Part shown: positions 55,462 through 64,000 of the stretch, piece by piece
Numbering within the stretch: position 1 is the stretch's first letter
How the letters are laid out: the number at the start of each line of letters is the position of its first letter
Origin: a virus
Taxonomy: Duplodnaviria > Heunggongvirae > Uroviricota > Caudoviricetes
Direction: 5' to 3' (one strand)
DNA length: 64,000 nucleotides
IMG/VR virus record: IMGVR_UViG_3300018080_000111
Notes under the pieces: model-generated
What the model was told of the DNA's origin: nothing
The model's input: the letters and a program-made list of their open reading frames with translations, nothing else
Database searches by the model: none
Made by a program: the position numbers and the translations under genes

Positions 55462-56283
55462 TTAAACACACCAAGTATTGGATATTTTCCCATTGGGAAA
55501 TAAGGTCAGTTTTTCTCCTAACTTATATCTAAGTTTAGAATCTTCTAAAAGTATTCTTATCCTCTTTCCTTGTTTGTTTTGTTCATTTGAATAATCCACC
55601 ATTTTATTCAATTCATTATGATCAGGAATCAGAGATGTATCAACCACATCTGAATGGTGGTCCCGGATAGGCCATGCTGAAATATTAGATACTCCCAGCT
55701 GGAAAAGAAATTCTACAACTTCTTTGAATCTACTAAATGTTGAAATATTCAATCGACCCAAAATTAAATTGGCCCGAGAATTCAATTCCGTCTGGTGTAT
55801 TCTACTGAAAACCTCTTTAAGTGGTGGGTAAGAAGGCACATTAAAAATTTTAGCGTTTTCCTTTTCATTAGTGTGATGAACAGTAACATATACGGTGGAC
55901 AGACCTCGGGATTTCCAAAGAGTCAAGTACTTCTCACAAAAGGGAAGATCTTGCCCTATCCTAATACCATTAGAATAAAGATTAATCGATTGAAATTTAT
56001 AACCGATTTCAGATAAATAAAATAGTAGATTCATAAGTTTGGTTAAGGAAACCGGAGATAGGGTGGGTTCCCCACTACCACTAATTGTCAAATTTCTTGC
56101 TCCTTTATTATGGCAAGAAATTACCAACTTCTTAATTAAATCAAGATCAATTTCTCCATCTTTTATTGGAGAATATTTTCTCAAGGGCATTCCCGCACAA
56201 TGGGAACAAGTAGCATTGCAGATTCCCATACCCACAAAGATGGAAAGACTCTTTACCCGATCGGATATTTTTACTTCATACAT
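55462..56283 (-). CDS. Radical SAM protein
   Basis: CNATCSHC, SGSGEP, LYSNG. Confidence 0.85.
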   Translation of the reverse strand: MYEVKISDRVKSLSIFVGMGICNATCSHCAGMPLRKYSPIKDGEIDLDLIKKLVISCHNKGARNLTISGSGEPTLSPVSLTKLMNLLFYLSEIGYKFQSINLYSNGIRIGQDLPFCEKYLTLWKSRGLSTVYVTVHHTNEKENAKIFNVPSYPPLKEVFSRIHQTELNSRANLILGRLNISTFSRFKEVVEFLFQLGVSNISAWPIRDHHSDVVDTSLIPDHNELNKMVDYSNEQNKQGKRIRILLEDSKLRYKLGEKLTLFPNGKISNTWCV

Positions 56284-57143
56284 AGGGCCCCCTCCCTTAT
56301 CCAGGAGTAGGCTACCGTCCCATCCTGAAATACCACTAATTGTCTAACAAAATCCTTTCTCCTATTATGTTTTGTTACGTAGTCTGTGTATCTTAAGATC
56401 GCCCCATTGTAGTCAAATACACCACCTCCCCAAGCGTGACCATGACACATTTTTGCATTTTTTCTCAACCACCTTCGTATGGAAAATAGTCCCCATCGAG
56501 AAGGAGTAAATTCATTTCTTGAGTTATCCGGATTCCCCACAGGCCAGGAGGTTATATTGTTAAATCCCTTTTCAAGTAATCTACTTACAGCTACTGCATA
56601 GGTATATGAAGAATCTACTATTCCTTTATGAAGAAGTAGAGTAAGTCGGACACCAACTCCATGTTTTTCAATATTGCGTTTTATATCCACAAGATTAGGA
56701 TAAGAGTCTATATTGTATGCTTCTGCTTGTCCAGTTTCCTCTACATCATGAATTGATATAGCGACATTAGTTAAACCAAGTTTTCTCCATAAAGGAAGAT
56801 ACGTATTACAGTATTCCCCATCACCAAACAATATTCCATTGGTAAATAGGTTTACATTTGGAAAATAGGCTCCTTGCTTAGCACAAGCAGAATAATGCTC
56901 CAATGCTTCAGTTACACACTCCGGTTCAACCGATGGTTCTCCACTTCCTGTCAAAGATAATGACCATCCCCCATATCTTGCTGACAATCTTAACGCAGTA
57001 TCAAAATTTCTAAAATATAAATCCTTGGATACTACACCAACCTCTTTGCGTAGATCAGTTGCTGCACAAAATTTGCATTTTCCATTACATTTTCCAGTTC
57101 CTATAAGTGCGGAAACACTATAAATCTTTTCGATACATCCCAT
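56271..57143 (-). CDS. Radical SAM protein (paralog of neighbour)
   Basis: CNGKCKFC, TGSGEP, LFTNG. Confidence 0.85.
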   Translation of the reverse strand: MGCIEKIYSVSALIGTGKCNGKCKFCAATDLRKEVGVVSKDLYFRNFDTALRLSARYGGWSLSLTGSGEPSVEPECVTEALEHYSACAKQGAYFPNVNLFTNGILFGDGEYCNTYLPLWRKLGLTNVAISIHDVEETGQAEAYNIDSYPNLVDIKRNIEKHGVGVRLTLLLHKGIVDSSYTYAVAVSRLLEKGFNNITSWPVGNPDNSRNEFTPSRWGLFSIRRWLRKNAKMCHGHAWGGGVFDYNGAILRYTDYVTKHNRRKDFVRQLVVFQDGTVAYSWIREGALCMK

Positions 57144-57144
57144 T

Positions 57145-57963
57145 TTACTTCCCCCCCACTATTTTATGAATTTCCTTACATTGGACAATCAGATCTTCCA
57201 ACCATTCAATAGGCATAATGGTGGCAGTATCTGATTTAGATTTTTCAATATGGGTATGAACCTCAGTAAATATCCCATTAGCTCCTGCGGCAACTGCTGC
57301 TTTAGCTAAGATCGGAGCGTATGCTCTTTCTCCACCACTTTGTGCCCCCAAAGCACCAGGTCTTTGCACACTATGAGTAGCATCAAAAACAACCGACCAT
57401 CCATGTCTTTGAATACGAGAAATTGATGTCATGTCATTAATCAGTTGGTTATATCCAAAACAGGTTCCCCTTTCGGTTATGAGAATCTTTTTGTTTCCAA
57501 CATATTTAATCTTTTCAACAACATTCTTCATATCCCAAGGAGAAAGAAATTGTCCTTTCTTTATATTAATAGGTTTTCCGGTTTTTGCACATGCTACAAT
57601 TAAATCTGTCTGCCTACAAAGAAAGGCAGGAATCTGTAAACAATCAACAATCTGGGAAACCGGACCTACCTGGTCTACTTCATGAACATCTGTCAGTATG
57701 GGTAGTTTGGTTTCCTCCTTCACTTTTTGGAGTACTTTTATCCCCTCTGCCTTTCCTATCCCTCGGAAACCATATATGCTTGATCTGTTAGCTTTATCGA
57801 AGCTGGCCTTGAATATAATCTTGACTTTAGTTCTTTTGGATATTTCAACTAATCTTCTTGCAATGTCCAAACAGATCTTCTTACTTTCAATAACACAAGG
57901 TCCAGCTATGATGAAGAATGGGGAATCTAAACCAATTGGTATATTTCCAATTTTAAACGCTAT
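57145..57963 (-). CDS. kdsA: KDO-8-phosphate synthase; full length requires an ATA start
   Basis: AGPCVIES lies upstream of the ORF-track start; KASFDKANRSS, TDVHE, QIPAFLCRQT, KKGQF, ERG, FDATHSVQRP. Confidence 0.88.
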   Translation of the reverse strand: MAFKIGNIPIGLDSPFFIIAGPCVIESKKICLDIARRLVEISKRTKVKIIFKASFDKANRSSIYGFRGIGKAEGIKVLQKVKEETKLPILTDVHEVDQVGPVSQIVDCLQIPAFLCRQTDLIVACAKTGKPINIKKGQFLSPWDMKNVVEKIKYVGNKKILITERGTCFGYNQLINDMTSISRIQRHGWSVVFDATHSVQRPGALGAQSGGERAYAPILAKAAVAAGANGIFTEVHTHIEKSKSDTATIMPIEWLEDLIVQCKEIHKIVGGK

Positions 57964-59180
57964 AAGTTATCCTCCACATCTCCTTCTTCTTTTTCATATT
58001 TCTTATCCTGATCCATTAGGAACTCTTCGCTTTTATGCTTCAAACAGGACCAATTTCCGTCCTTATCTTGAAACCAGACAACTACTCCTTCCCTTAAAGT
58101 TCCGGCATCTAGAGAAGATTTACCTTTATAATATTTCAGAACCTCACTTGTTCCAATTCCATAATCCGGATGGTTTCTTTCCAATGGATCTAAGGGGGCC
58201 CAAAAACTGTTTCCAAAAACTTTAGGTTTTTCTAATCCCAATTCCTCTGCCCGTTTATAAACCTGCTTTCGGTTTAAATCAATGGAGAAACCATCTTCAT
58301 TTACAAAACAGACTCGGTAAAGCATACATTTAAATTCACCAGGTCTGCAATCATAAGGGAATCCATTTTGAATCATTGAACCATTTATGTCGTATCCATA
58401 AATTTCATAATAGATGGTCTCCCCTTTCCTTAGATGGGGAGCAACCTTTCTTTCAATCTCTTCCCGCACTTTCGGAATATGGAAATTGATATTGTCAACT
58501 CTTCTGGTTCCACTAATTACTTTCCATTCCTGTTTAGGTTTCCAAAACTTCCACCAAGGTCGATTGGTGGAACAAAGGACTCTCCCGGTTCTACCAGAAG
58601 TTCCATGAATTTTTTCCTCAATATAGCAAGTAGCCCCCTCAGGAATACTTTTCAATTCCCTCATTAGCTGCTTAGTGTCCCAGTGTCGATGAAACATTGC
58701 AGACTTGATCCGAGTTATTTTATTTCTTGGGGTATATCCTCCACGACCAACTGGTGCAACATACTTGGAACAAATTTCAATTCCATTGATATGGGTAAAC
58801 TCAGTTCCTTCCTCAAATAGATTTTCTCCCACTCCTGGAATATTTGTTAGGATCCAAAGATCTGCAACAAATCCATTGCTCACCTCTCCTCTAAATTTTT
58901 GAGATCGGACTCTACCATTCTTCCCGAAGTATCCTTTCATTGTGTTGTCAGAATTCATTTCCTTCCTTGAGTAGAGATTGTTGTGGTGGAGATATTTATG
59001 GGACAATCGAAGATTGCTGTCGAAGTAAACCACCAAATCATCCTCTTTCGAATCCAGTCCGACTACGACTTGGGTTCCTAAAACGGTTGCTAATTTTAAT
59101 CGATCAGCATTAGGATGAGATCGAACATTCTTAAGACGGGTAACAATCGCATTATTTGTTTCGGACTTTGTTAGATCCAC
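57960..59180 (-). CDS. RNA ligase (Rnl2/DRB0094-like) with N-terminal OB-fold
   Basis: HPNADRL, EEKIHGTS, YYEIYG, REGVVV, LKHKS. Confidence 0.85.
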   Translation of the reverse strand: MDLTKSETNNAIVTRLKNVRSHPNADRLKLATVLGTQVVVGLDSKEDDLVVYFDSNLRLSHKYLHHNNLYSRKEMNSDNTMKGYFGKNGRVRSQKFRGEVSNGFVADLWILTNIPGVGENLFEEGTEFTHINGIEICSKYVAPVGRGGYTPRNKITRIKSAMFHRHWDTKQLMRELKSIPEGATCYIEEKIHGTSGRTGRVLCSTNRPWWKFWKPKQEWKVISGTRRVDNINFHIPKVREEIERKVAPHLRKGETIYYEIYGYDINGSMIQNGFPYDCRPGEFKCMLYRVCFVNEDGFSIDLNRKQVYKRAEELGLEKPKVFGNSFWAPLDPLERNHPDYGIGTSEVLKYYKGKSSLDAGTLREGVVVWFQDKDGNWSCLKHKSEEFLMDQDKKYEKEEGDVEDNL

Positions 59181-59595
59181 TCTTCTTCTCCCGTATATCT
59201 AATTCATCTTGTCTAATATCCTTACAGGTATCCAAACAACGATTATAGTCTTTTTCATATTGATCTGCTATCCATTTTACTGTCTCGGCCCGGATCTTGT
59301 TCTTTTTTATCTCCACAGCAAAAATTTTTGCCAGTCTGTATCTAACATTTCCTGGATCTATTAGAGGGGTTGATTTATCTTCCTCGGGATTTTTTCTTCG
59401 GTAATTTCTAATTGCACTTATTGAAGTGATGATTCCCATGCAACATAAGAAGTACATCTGATTATGTAGTTGAGTGATGATAAAAAAGATTGATCCGGAT
59501 AGGTACACCAGCCACCAGTTCCGATGTTTAGTAGCGTTAAAGATACCTAAAGTAATAAGTATACTGGATAATATATCAAAAATCCTAATCCACAT
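59152..59595 (-). CDS. Membrane protein with PnuC-like N-terminal half
   Basis: Three TM segments with a WWLV motif, then a soluble tail. Confidence 0.45.
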   Translation of the reverse strand: MWIRIFDILSSILITLGIFNATKHRNWWLVYLSGSIFFIITQLHNQMYFLCCMGIITSISAIRNYRRKNPEEDKSTPLIDPGNVRYRLAKIFAVEIKKNKIRAETVKWIADQYEKDYNRCLDTCKDIRQDELDIREKKSGSNKVRNK

Positions 59596-59606
59596 TCAGA
59601 TCTCCT

Positions 59607-60464
59607 TTAGGTCAATAAAGAGTCGAAGCCTAATTCCTCGAAGATTGGATCTAATTTGTCCCATTTTAAGGGTTTCCTTTTCATACCATCAAAATCGATC
59701 TTCATATCGATATCATCTTTTAGGGTGGCCAAAGAACGGCTGAGAACAAAGTCATCATACCCTTTTAGGATTTTCAGTTCGGCGTTACTGAGATTCTTTT
59801 GCTCACATAAATTTTCAAATATCTTATCCCCAGTTTTATGTTTGTTCAAAAATTTGACCGCAGTTTTTGGCCCCACTCCTTTTATGCCTGGTATATTATC
59901 AGAACTGTCACCAATCAACCCTAAGTAATCCACAAACTGGGACGCCTCAATATTATACTTCTTTTTTACTTCTTCTACATACATTCTGGTATTCTTGTAT
60001 GGATCCAAAATATTGATTCTGTTTCCCTCGTCAGTTAATTGAAGTAAGTCTTTATCCTTGGTACAAATCGTAATCAGAAAAGAGGGATCAGCTCTTTTCA
60101 CAATTGTTGCTATCACATCATCGGCTTCAAATCCTGGAGCATAGTAGATGGGGAATCCCATAGCTTCCAAAATTTGTTTCATCCGATCTACTTGAACAAA
60201 GAGATCCTGGGGCTTCTCCTTCTTTCGGTTATTCTTATACTCTGGATACATTTTCTTTCGGAAGGTTTTATCCGGACCATCAACCGCACAACAGATCATG
60301 TCTGGAAGATATGTGTCTAAAATTCTAAGTATGGTCTTTGTAAAGATAAAAGTGCCATATGTTGGTTCCCCAGAAGGGGAAGTCAATCCGGTATATCCCC
60401 CAGCAAAGAAGGAAGTGTACATCAGAGAATAGCTGTCAAGAATATATAAGTCCATCATTCGCAC
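59607..60464 (-). CDS. 5'-3' exonuclease / flap endonuclease
   Basis: ILDSYS, YPEYKNNR, FEADDVIAT, DKDLLQL, GDSSDNIPGIKGVGPKTA. Confidence 0.92.
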   Translation of the reverse strand: MRMMDLYILDSYSLMYTSFFAGGYTGLTSPSGEPTYGTFIFTKTILRILDTYLPDMICCAVDGPDKTFRKKMYPEYKNNRKKEKPQDLFVQVDRMKQILEAMGFPIYYAPGFEADDVIATIVKRADPSFLITICTKDKDLLQLTDEGNRINILDPYKNTRMYVEEVKKKYNIEASQFVDYLGLIGDSSDNIPGIKGVGPKTAVKFLNKHKTGDKIFENLCEQKNLSNAELKILKGYDDFVLSRSLATLKDDIDMKIDFDGMKRKPLKWDKLDPIFEELGFDSLLT

Positions 60465-60889
60465 CTGAGAAAATCTCGAACTTCCATCAAAATTATCCCT
60501 AAAACATTCTGTCCTTCAATCTTCTTGCACTTTGGGCAGTAACAGTTGCCCCAGAAATTGTCATGCCAGTAGTTTCCTTCTTCAAGGTACTCATACTGTA
60601 ATTCTAGTAGTTTCTCTGTTAAATCCCTGTTCTGGGTAAATTTGAGAAGAACCAGGTCGGTCATTACATCAACTTTAATCTCTTCCCAGTCTTTTCGAAG
60701 ATCTAATCTTCTCCCAACTGCCTTCGCGTCCTTTGGAAAAGGAAGATTCCGAATGTATTCATCAAAGGAAAGATCTTTGGCCTTTGTCGCTTGAAAAGCA
60801 TGCTCTACCGTTGGCCAGAAAGTTCCTCGATACAATATTCTGGAAGGATAAAAGTTACTAAGAAATTTCAATTCGTCTTTGAAAATCAT
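60455..60889 (-). CDS. NADAR (YbiA-like) family protein
   Basis: FLSNFY, PTVEHAFQA, KFTQN, FWG, GQNVLG.ILM.VR. Confidence 0.9.
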   Translation of the reverse strand: MIFKDELKFLSNFYPSRILYRGTFWPTVEHAFQATKAKDLSFDEYIRNLPFPKDAKAVGRRLDLRKDWEEIKVDVMTDLVLLKFTQNRDLTEKLLELQYEYLEEGNYWHDNFWGNCYCPKCKKIEGQNVLGIILMEVRDFLRCE

Positions 60890-61356
60890 TAGTCTTTCCT
60901 CCTAAGGAGATCCCAAAGGACCCAAATGTATGGAAAGATTGAAATAATAAAGACAAAACAAAGATAAACCCTTTCAGGAGTTGAAATATATTCACCCGGA
61001 CATCTTAAAACAAAAACCGTAATTAGACAAAGAAATCCCAATGATATAATAGAGGCCCCAAATGCTAAGATATCAATCAAAAGTTCTAATATTGTAAGAA
61101 AAATGGGATATTTTATTTTCATTTTTACTTCTCCTATTTCTACAAATCCTTGCCTAAGCATCCTAATTTGTAAATCTTTTCGGTCAAGTACCAATCGAAC
61201 CAATTCTGCTGGTGGAGTACCTAAAGGACCATGTTTTTCAATCATAATATCAGAAAGCTCAAGTTCATTTATAACATCTTCGAGCATATTTTTAAGCTGT
61301 TCTTTGTTCCAGCAACTCATCTCTATCCCCAATTTTCTCTTCTCAAAGGCCAACAA
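60889..61356 (-). CDS. Hypothetical protein with C-terminal TM segments (may be two genes)
   Basis: Internal MKIKYP preceded by GGAGAAG. Confidence 0.4.
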   Translation of the reverse strand: MLAFEKRKLGIEMSCWNKEQLKNMLEDVINELELSDIMIEKHGPLGTPPAELVRLVLDRKDLQIRMLRQGFVEIGEVKMKIKYPIFLTILELLIDILAFGASIISLGFLCLITVFVLRCPGEYISTPERVYLCFVFIISIFPYIWVLWDLLRRKD

Positions 61357-62696
61357 TCCATGATCAATTGGCCTACATTCAAGTTATAGTTAAAGGAACA
61401 ACCAAAGAATTCGCCGCCTCGGTGCCTATTCGCCAATACCCAAGCCTGCATTACATTACTCTGATGCTGCTTCTTACTTTGAGATATAGCCAGCATTAAA
61501 TCAACATTCCCCACTTTCCGGATATCCTCCGCCGTGTCACTCTGGTCCATAACCGCTTTGGATAGAGCCTGGCGGTTGACCTGGCTTGCGGTAACCATAA
61601 GAAGCTTTCTCTCGTCGGCAATCGCTTTGGACTCGATATACATATCATTGATTGCATCATTTCTTTTTTCTCCTGGGGGGATGTGCATCTTCTCAATATA
61701 GTCGTTAATGACCACATCTGGAAGGAACCCTTTGTAGGTTTCCAACCAATCTAAGTATCTGTTGATCTCACCCATGGAACAACGGCCCATATCATACTTC
61801 TTAATCTTTAGTTGTCCACCCATTCGAGCCAAAGCATTTCTACTTTCAACTACTTTCTTTAGATTGTAAATAGTATCTACTTCCTCTTCCCAGGTTTCAA
61901 TTCTGGACCCTTCCTGATCATAATTTTCAAAGGCGATCCTTTCTATCCCATCCCGATCAGTTAGCTCCCCAATGTTCATATAGTATCTTGCGGCAGTATC
62001 CTCTTCCGATAACTCATGGGTAATATGCAGGACTTTAAGTCCATGCTCTAAGGCCACGACCCCCATATTAATACATCCCCAGGATTTCTTTCCTTTAAAT
62101 CCTCCGACAATACAAACAAAATCGGTTCTCCGAAGTCCTCGAGTTAATCTATCATCGATGAGGGGTATGCCAATGGGCATGAGATATTCGTTCTTCTTCT
62201 CCGGGAGTAGATGAACAGGATAGTCCTTTAGGAGATCAAAACCATCGTCTTCCCCTTGAATCCCAACTCTTAAGGCCTTCTGCATTATTTGTCGGGCTTT
62301 TTCAAAATCCCCATTCTTGGCCGTGTCAATGAAACGAACAGCAGCATTTTCAAACTCTACTGCCTGGATAAACTTGTGAATCCTGGAAAGGATGTAGTCC
62401 TTGTTCGGGGGATCCATCTCCTGTATCTTTGTAAGATAGGTGATATAGAATTCCTTTTCCTCCTTGTCCCGACCATCCAGAAATTTGGTTAATTCGTCGT
62501 GAAGATGATCCTCAGGGGCTTGTCCGACTACATCAAAGAAGTTGTAGCACAGGCGGATGGAGTTCCGGACAATCTCAGACTTCTTAAAGGCTCGCTCCGA
62601 AACAACTCCCCGGACAGTCTTTAGAAACTTACTGTCCGTGATGCACAGGAAGACAAAGGAATCGATAATGCGTTGTGATACGACGGAGTCTTTCAT
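61323..62696 (-). CDS. Replicative helicase, DnaB/SF4-like
   Basis: IVGGFKGKKS, HITHELS, VINDYIE, TASQVNR, AEDIRK. Confidence 0.85.
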   Translation of the reverse strand: MKDSVVSQRIIDSFVFLCITDSKFLKTVRGVVSERAFKKSEIVRNSIRLCYNFFDVVGQAPEDHLHDELTKFLDGRDKEEKEFYITYLTKIQEMDPPNKDYILSRIHKFIQAVEFENAAVRFIDTAKNGDFEKARQIMQKALRVGIQGEDDGFDLLKDYPVHLLPEKKNEYLMPIGIPLIDDRLTRGLRRTDFVCIVGGFKGKKSWGCINMGVVALEHGLKVLHITHELSEEDTAARYYMNIGELTDRDGIERIAFENYDQEGSRIETWEEEVDTIYNLKKVVESRNALARMGGQLKIKKYDMGRCSMGEINRYLDWLETYKGFLPDVVINDYIEKMHIPPGEKRNDAINDMYIESKAIADERKLLMVTASQVNRQALSKAVMDQSDTAEDIRKVGNVDLMLAISQSKKQHQSNVMQAWVLANRHRGGEFFGCSFNYNLNVGQLIMDCWPLRRENWG

Positions 62697-62707
62697 TTTG
62701 TCCCGAT

Positions 62708-63208
62708 CTATATTTCACTAAGTTTCAAGTCCAATTTATTATACTTTATCAAGGGAACTTCTGTTTCAGAATATTCTTGATATTGTTGTTCAATTTTCTT
62801 TTGTAGATCCTTAGCCCTCCTTTTCCGTTCTTTAACCATTTGTTGAAGTTCTTCTCTGTTTAGTACTTTTTCTCCATTAGTTCCTTCCCGACGAACCCAG
62901 GAGTCAGGAGTCTTCTCCAAATAGTCTGGGAGCCATTTATTCCAGAGAATTGAGGAAACAAAAATATTTTCCTTTATAACTTTCCCCTCATTCTGGTGAA
63001 AGAGCAAGCATTCGAATACGCAGTTCAACTTTGCCTGCTCACTTAAGTCCAATCCCCAATTGAAATTCATAAAGTATTCTGCACCTTTTAGGAAGAATCC
63101 TGCTGCTTGATTAGTATAAGCATATTCTTTGAGATTTATTTCTCTAAGCTGTAAGAATCCCTTTTTTATTCTTTTTGCCAAGTCTTGATATCTAAGATCT
63201 TTTTTCAT
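62708..63208 (-). CDS. Hypothetical replication-associated protein
   Basis: Lies between the initiator-like gene and the helicase. Confidence 0.55.
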   Translation of the reverse strand: MKKDLRYQDLAKRIKKGFLQLREINLKEYAYTNQAAGFFLKGAEYFMNFNWGLDLSEQAKLNCVFECLLFHQNEGKVIKENIFVSSILWNKWLPDYLEKTPDSWVRREGTNGEKVLNREELQQMVKERKRRAKDLQKKIEQQYQEYSETEVPLIKYNKLDLKLSEI

Positions 63209-63221
63209 TTTACTTCTCTTC

Positions 63222-64000
63222 CTAAATTAAATCTCGTAAGTCCACATCTTTCTCCTGCCTTTGTTTTTCCGCAACCAGTCGGTCCCAGTATTTTTGAAGA
63301 TCTTTTACACAAACAATCTTTCCAGAAAACCAGGAATCTTCCCTACAGAAATCAATAACTTCTTCAATTGTTTCAAAGGAAGTGCCTCTTTCCAGAAGCT
63401 CGTGGGCATCCTTTGCCCAAGATTGTAGTAGTATTCTATTACTCCTCTCATGTTTATGAGCCTCCTGAAATTGAGGAATATTGTTACATAAGGAATCAAA
63501 AAGTTTCTTTGCGAGTAGATATTCTTGAGAATCCTTTTCGTAGGAATCAACCTCAATTTTGATGTCATCCTCCCACCGTCTTTTTTCAATCCATCTATGG
63601 GGATGAGGAATATATTTCATTTTCTTTGTTTCTACTTCTTGTCTCCAAGAAGGGGTACGAAGATAGAGTTTGAGTCCCAACATTATTTTTTCATATTCTT
63701 CATCATTTGGGTTAAGTGTACAGAACTTTGTAAGGGCTACTTTCTTTTCCACCTTTTTAGGATACAAATCCCAAAAGGAATTAAATAATTTTTCCAGTCG
63801 TTCCTTTTCTTCTTTTGTTAGTTTTTGTTTCTTTTCTTCTTGTTCGATTGTAATTGGAACATTCCCATATAATTCTGGATTTTCTTCTTGATAATTTACT
63901 AATGTATCCCTTCTGAGGTAGTGATTAATCTTTACATACGCTTTTGATTGAGAACCCGCTGCCGGTACATCCTCAATAAGTTCTAGTTGACGAAGAATCA
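63222..64000 (-). CDS. Replication initiator / replisome-organizer-like protein (partial; start beyond the window)
   Basis: Frame open to the window end; FWDLYPKKVEKK..A..KF, YIPHP..W....RWED, and CREDSWFSGKI motifs. Confidence 0.7.
   Translation of the reverse strand, partial: ILRQLELIEDVPAAGSQSKAYVKINHYLRRDTLVNYQEENPELYGNVPITIEQEEKKQKLTKEEKERLEKLFNSFWDLYPKKVEKKVALTKFCTLNPNDEEYEKIMLGLKLYLRTPSWRQEVETKKMKYIPHPHRWIEKRRWEDDIKIEVDSYEKDSQEYLLAKKLFDSLCNNIPQFQEAHKHERSNRILLQSWAKDAHELLERGTSFETIEEVIDFCREDSWFSGKIVCVKDLQKYWDRLVAEKQRQEKDVDLRDLI

Noticed and set aside
853-63891. Most plus-strand ORFs in the track and nested short minus-strand ORFs
   Set aside because: They are antisense or out-of-frame shadows of well-supported minus-strand genes and carry no motifs; only 6565-7785 is accepted on the plus strand.
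1-64000. Alternative genetic code (TAG or TGA recoding)
   Set aside because: Long genes are intact under the standard code, and both TAG and TGA terminate coupled genes; only isolated internal stops were seen.

Overview
AT-rich segment of a large double-stranded DNA bacteriophage genome, translated with the standard code. Almost every gene is on the minus strand; the exception is a 4-gene plus-strand island at 6.5-7.8 kb. Core functions: family A DNA polymerase with an N-terminal uracil-DNA-glycosylase-like domain, beta-clamp, DnaX-like loader, SSB, UvsY-like mediator, RecA, RuvC, split Rad50/Mre11, primase, DnaB-like helicase, SF2 helicase, flap nuclease, terminase, GroES, two sigma-like factors, class II RNR, dCMP deaminase, dNMP kinase and tRNA-Ser(UGA). 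It also carries a dispersed 7-deazaguanine pathway (folE, queD, queE, queC, DpdA-like, plus a queuosine-salvage-family gene), RNA-repair genes, and host-like envelope genes (haemagglutinin-domain and PEP-CTERM-like proteins) that suggest a planctomycete host. Main discovery: a stand-alone RAMP/Cas7-like gene (26678-27262), an adjacent PD-(D/E)XK-like nuclease gene, and two non-coding pentamer arrays (RTT-NN units) that end in an identical 27-bp hairpin. Reading only the variable dinucleotides, with one base skipped between them, spells codon positions 1-2 of conserved segments of recA (KFKxxKNKVAPPF) and of the terminase C-terminus (NDLASKYKxIF). The phage's own copies of these segments mismatch at a few units, two of them through Leu/Ser codon-family switches. 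This looks like a wobble-skipping RNA-guided system (VIPR-like) aimed at related phages. Separately, an intact solo TnpB is followed by a 63-bp near-copy of part of the neighbouring helicase gene, at the position where its guide is expected. All annotations come from motif recognition by eye; no searches were run.
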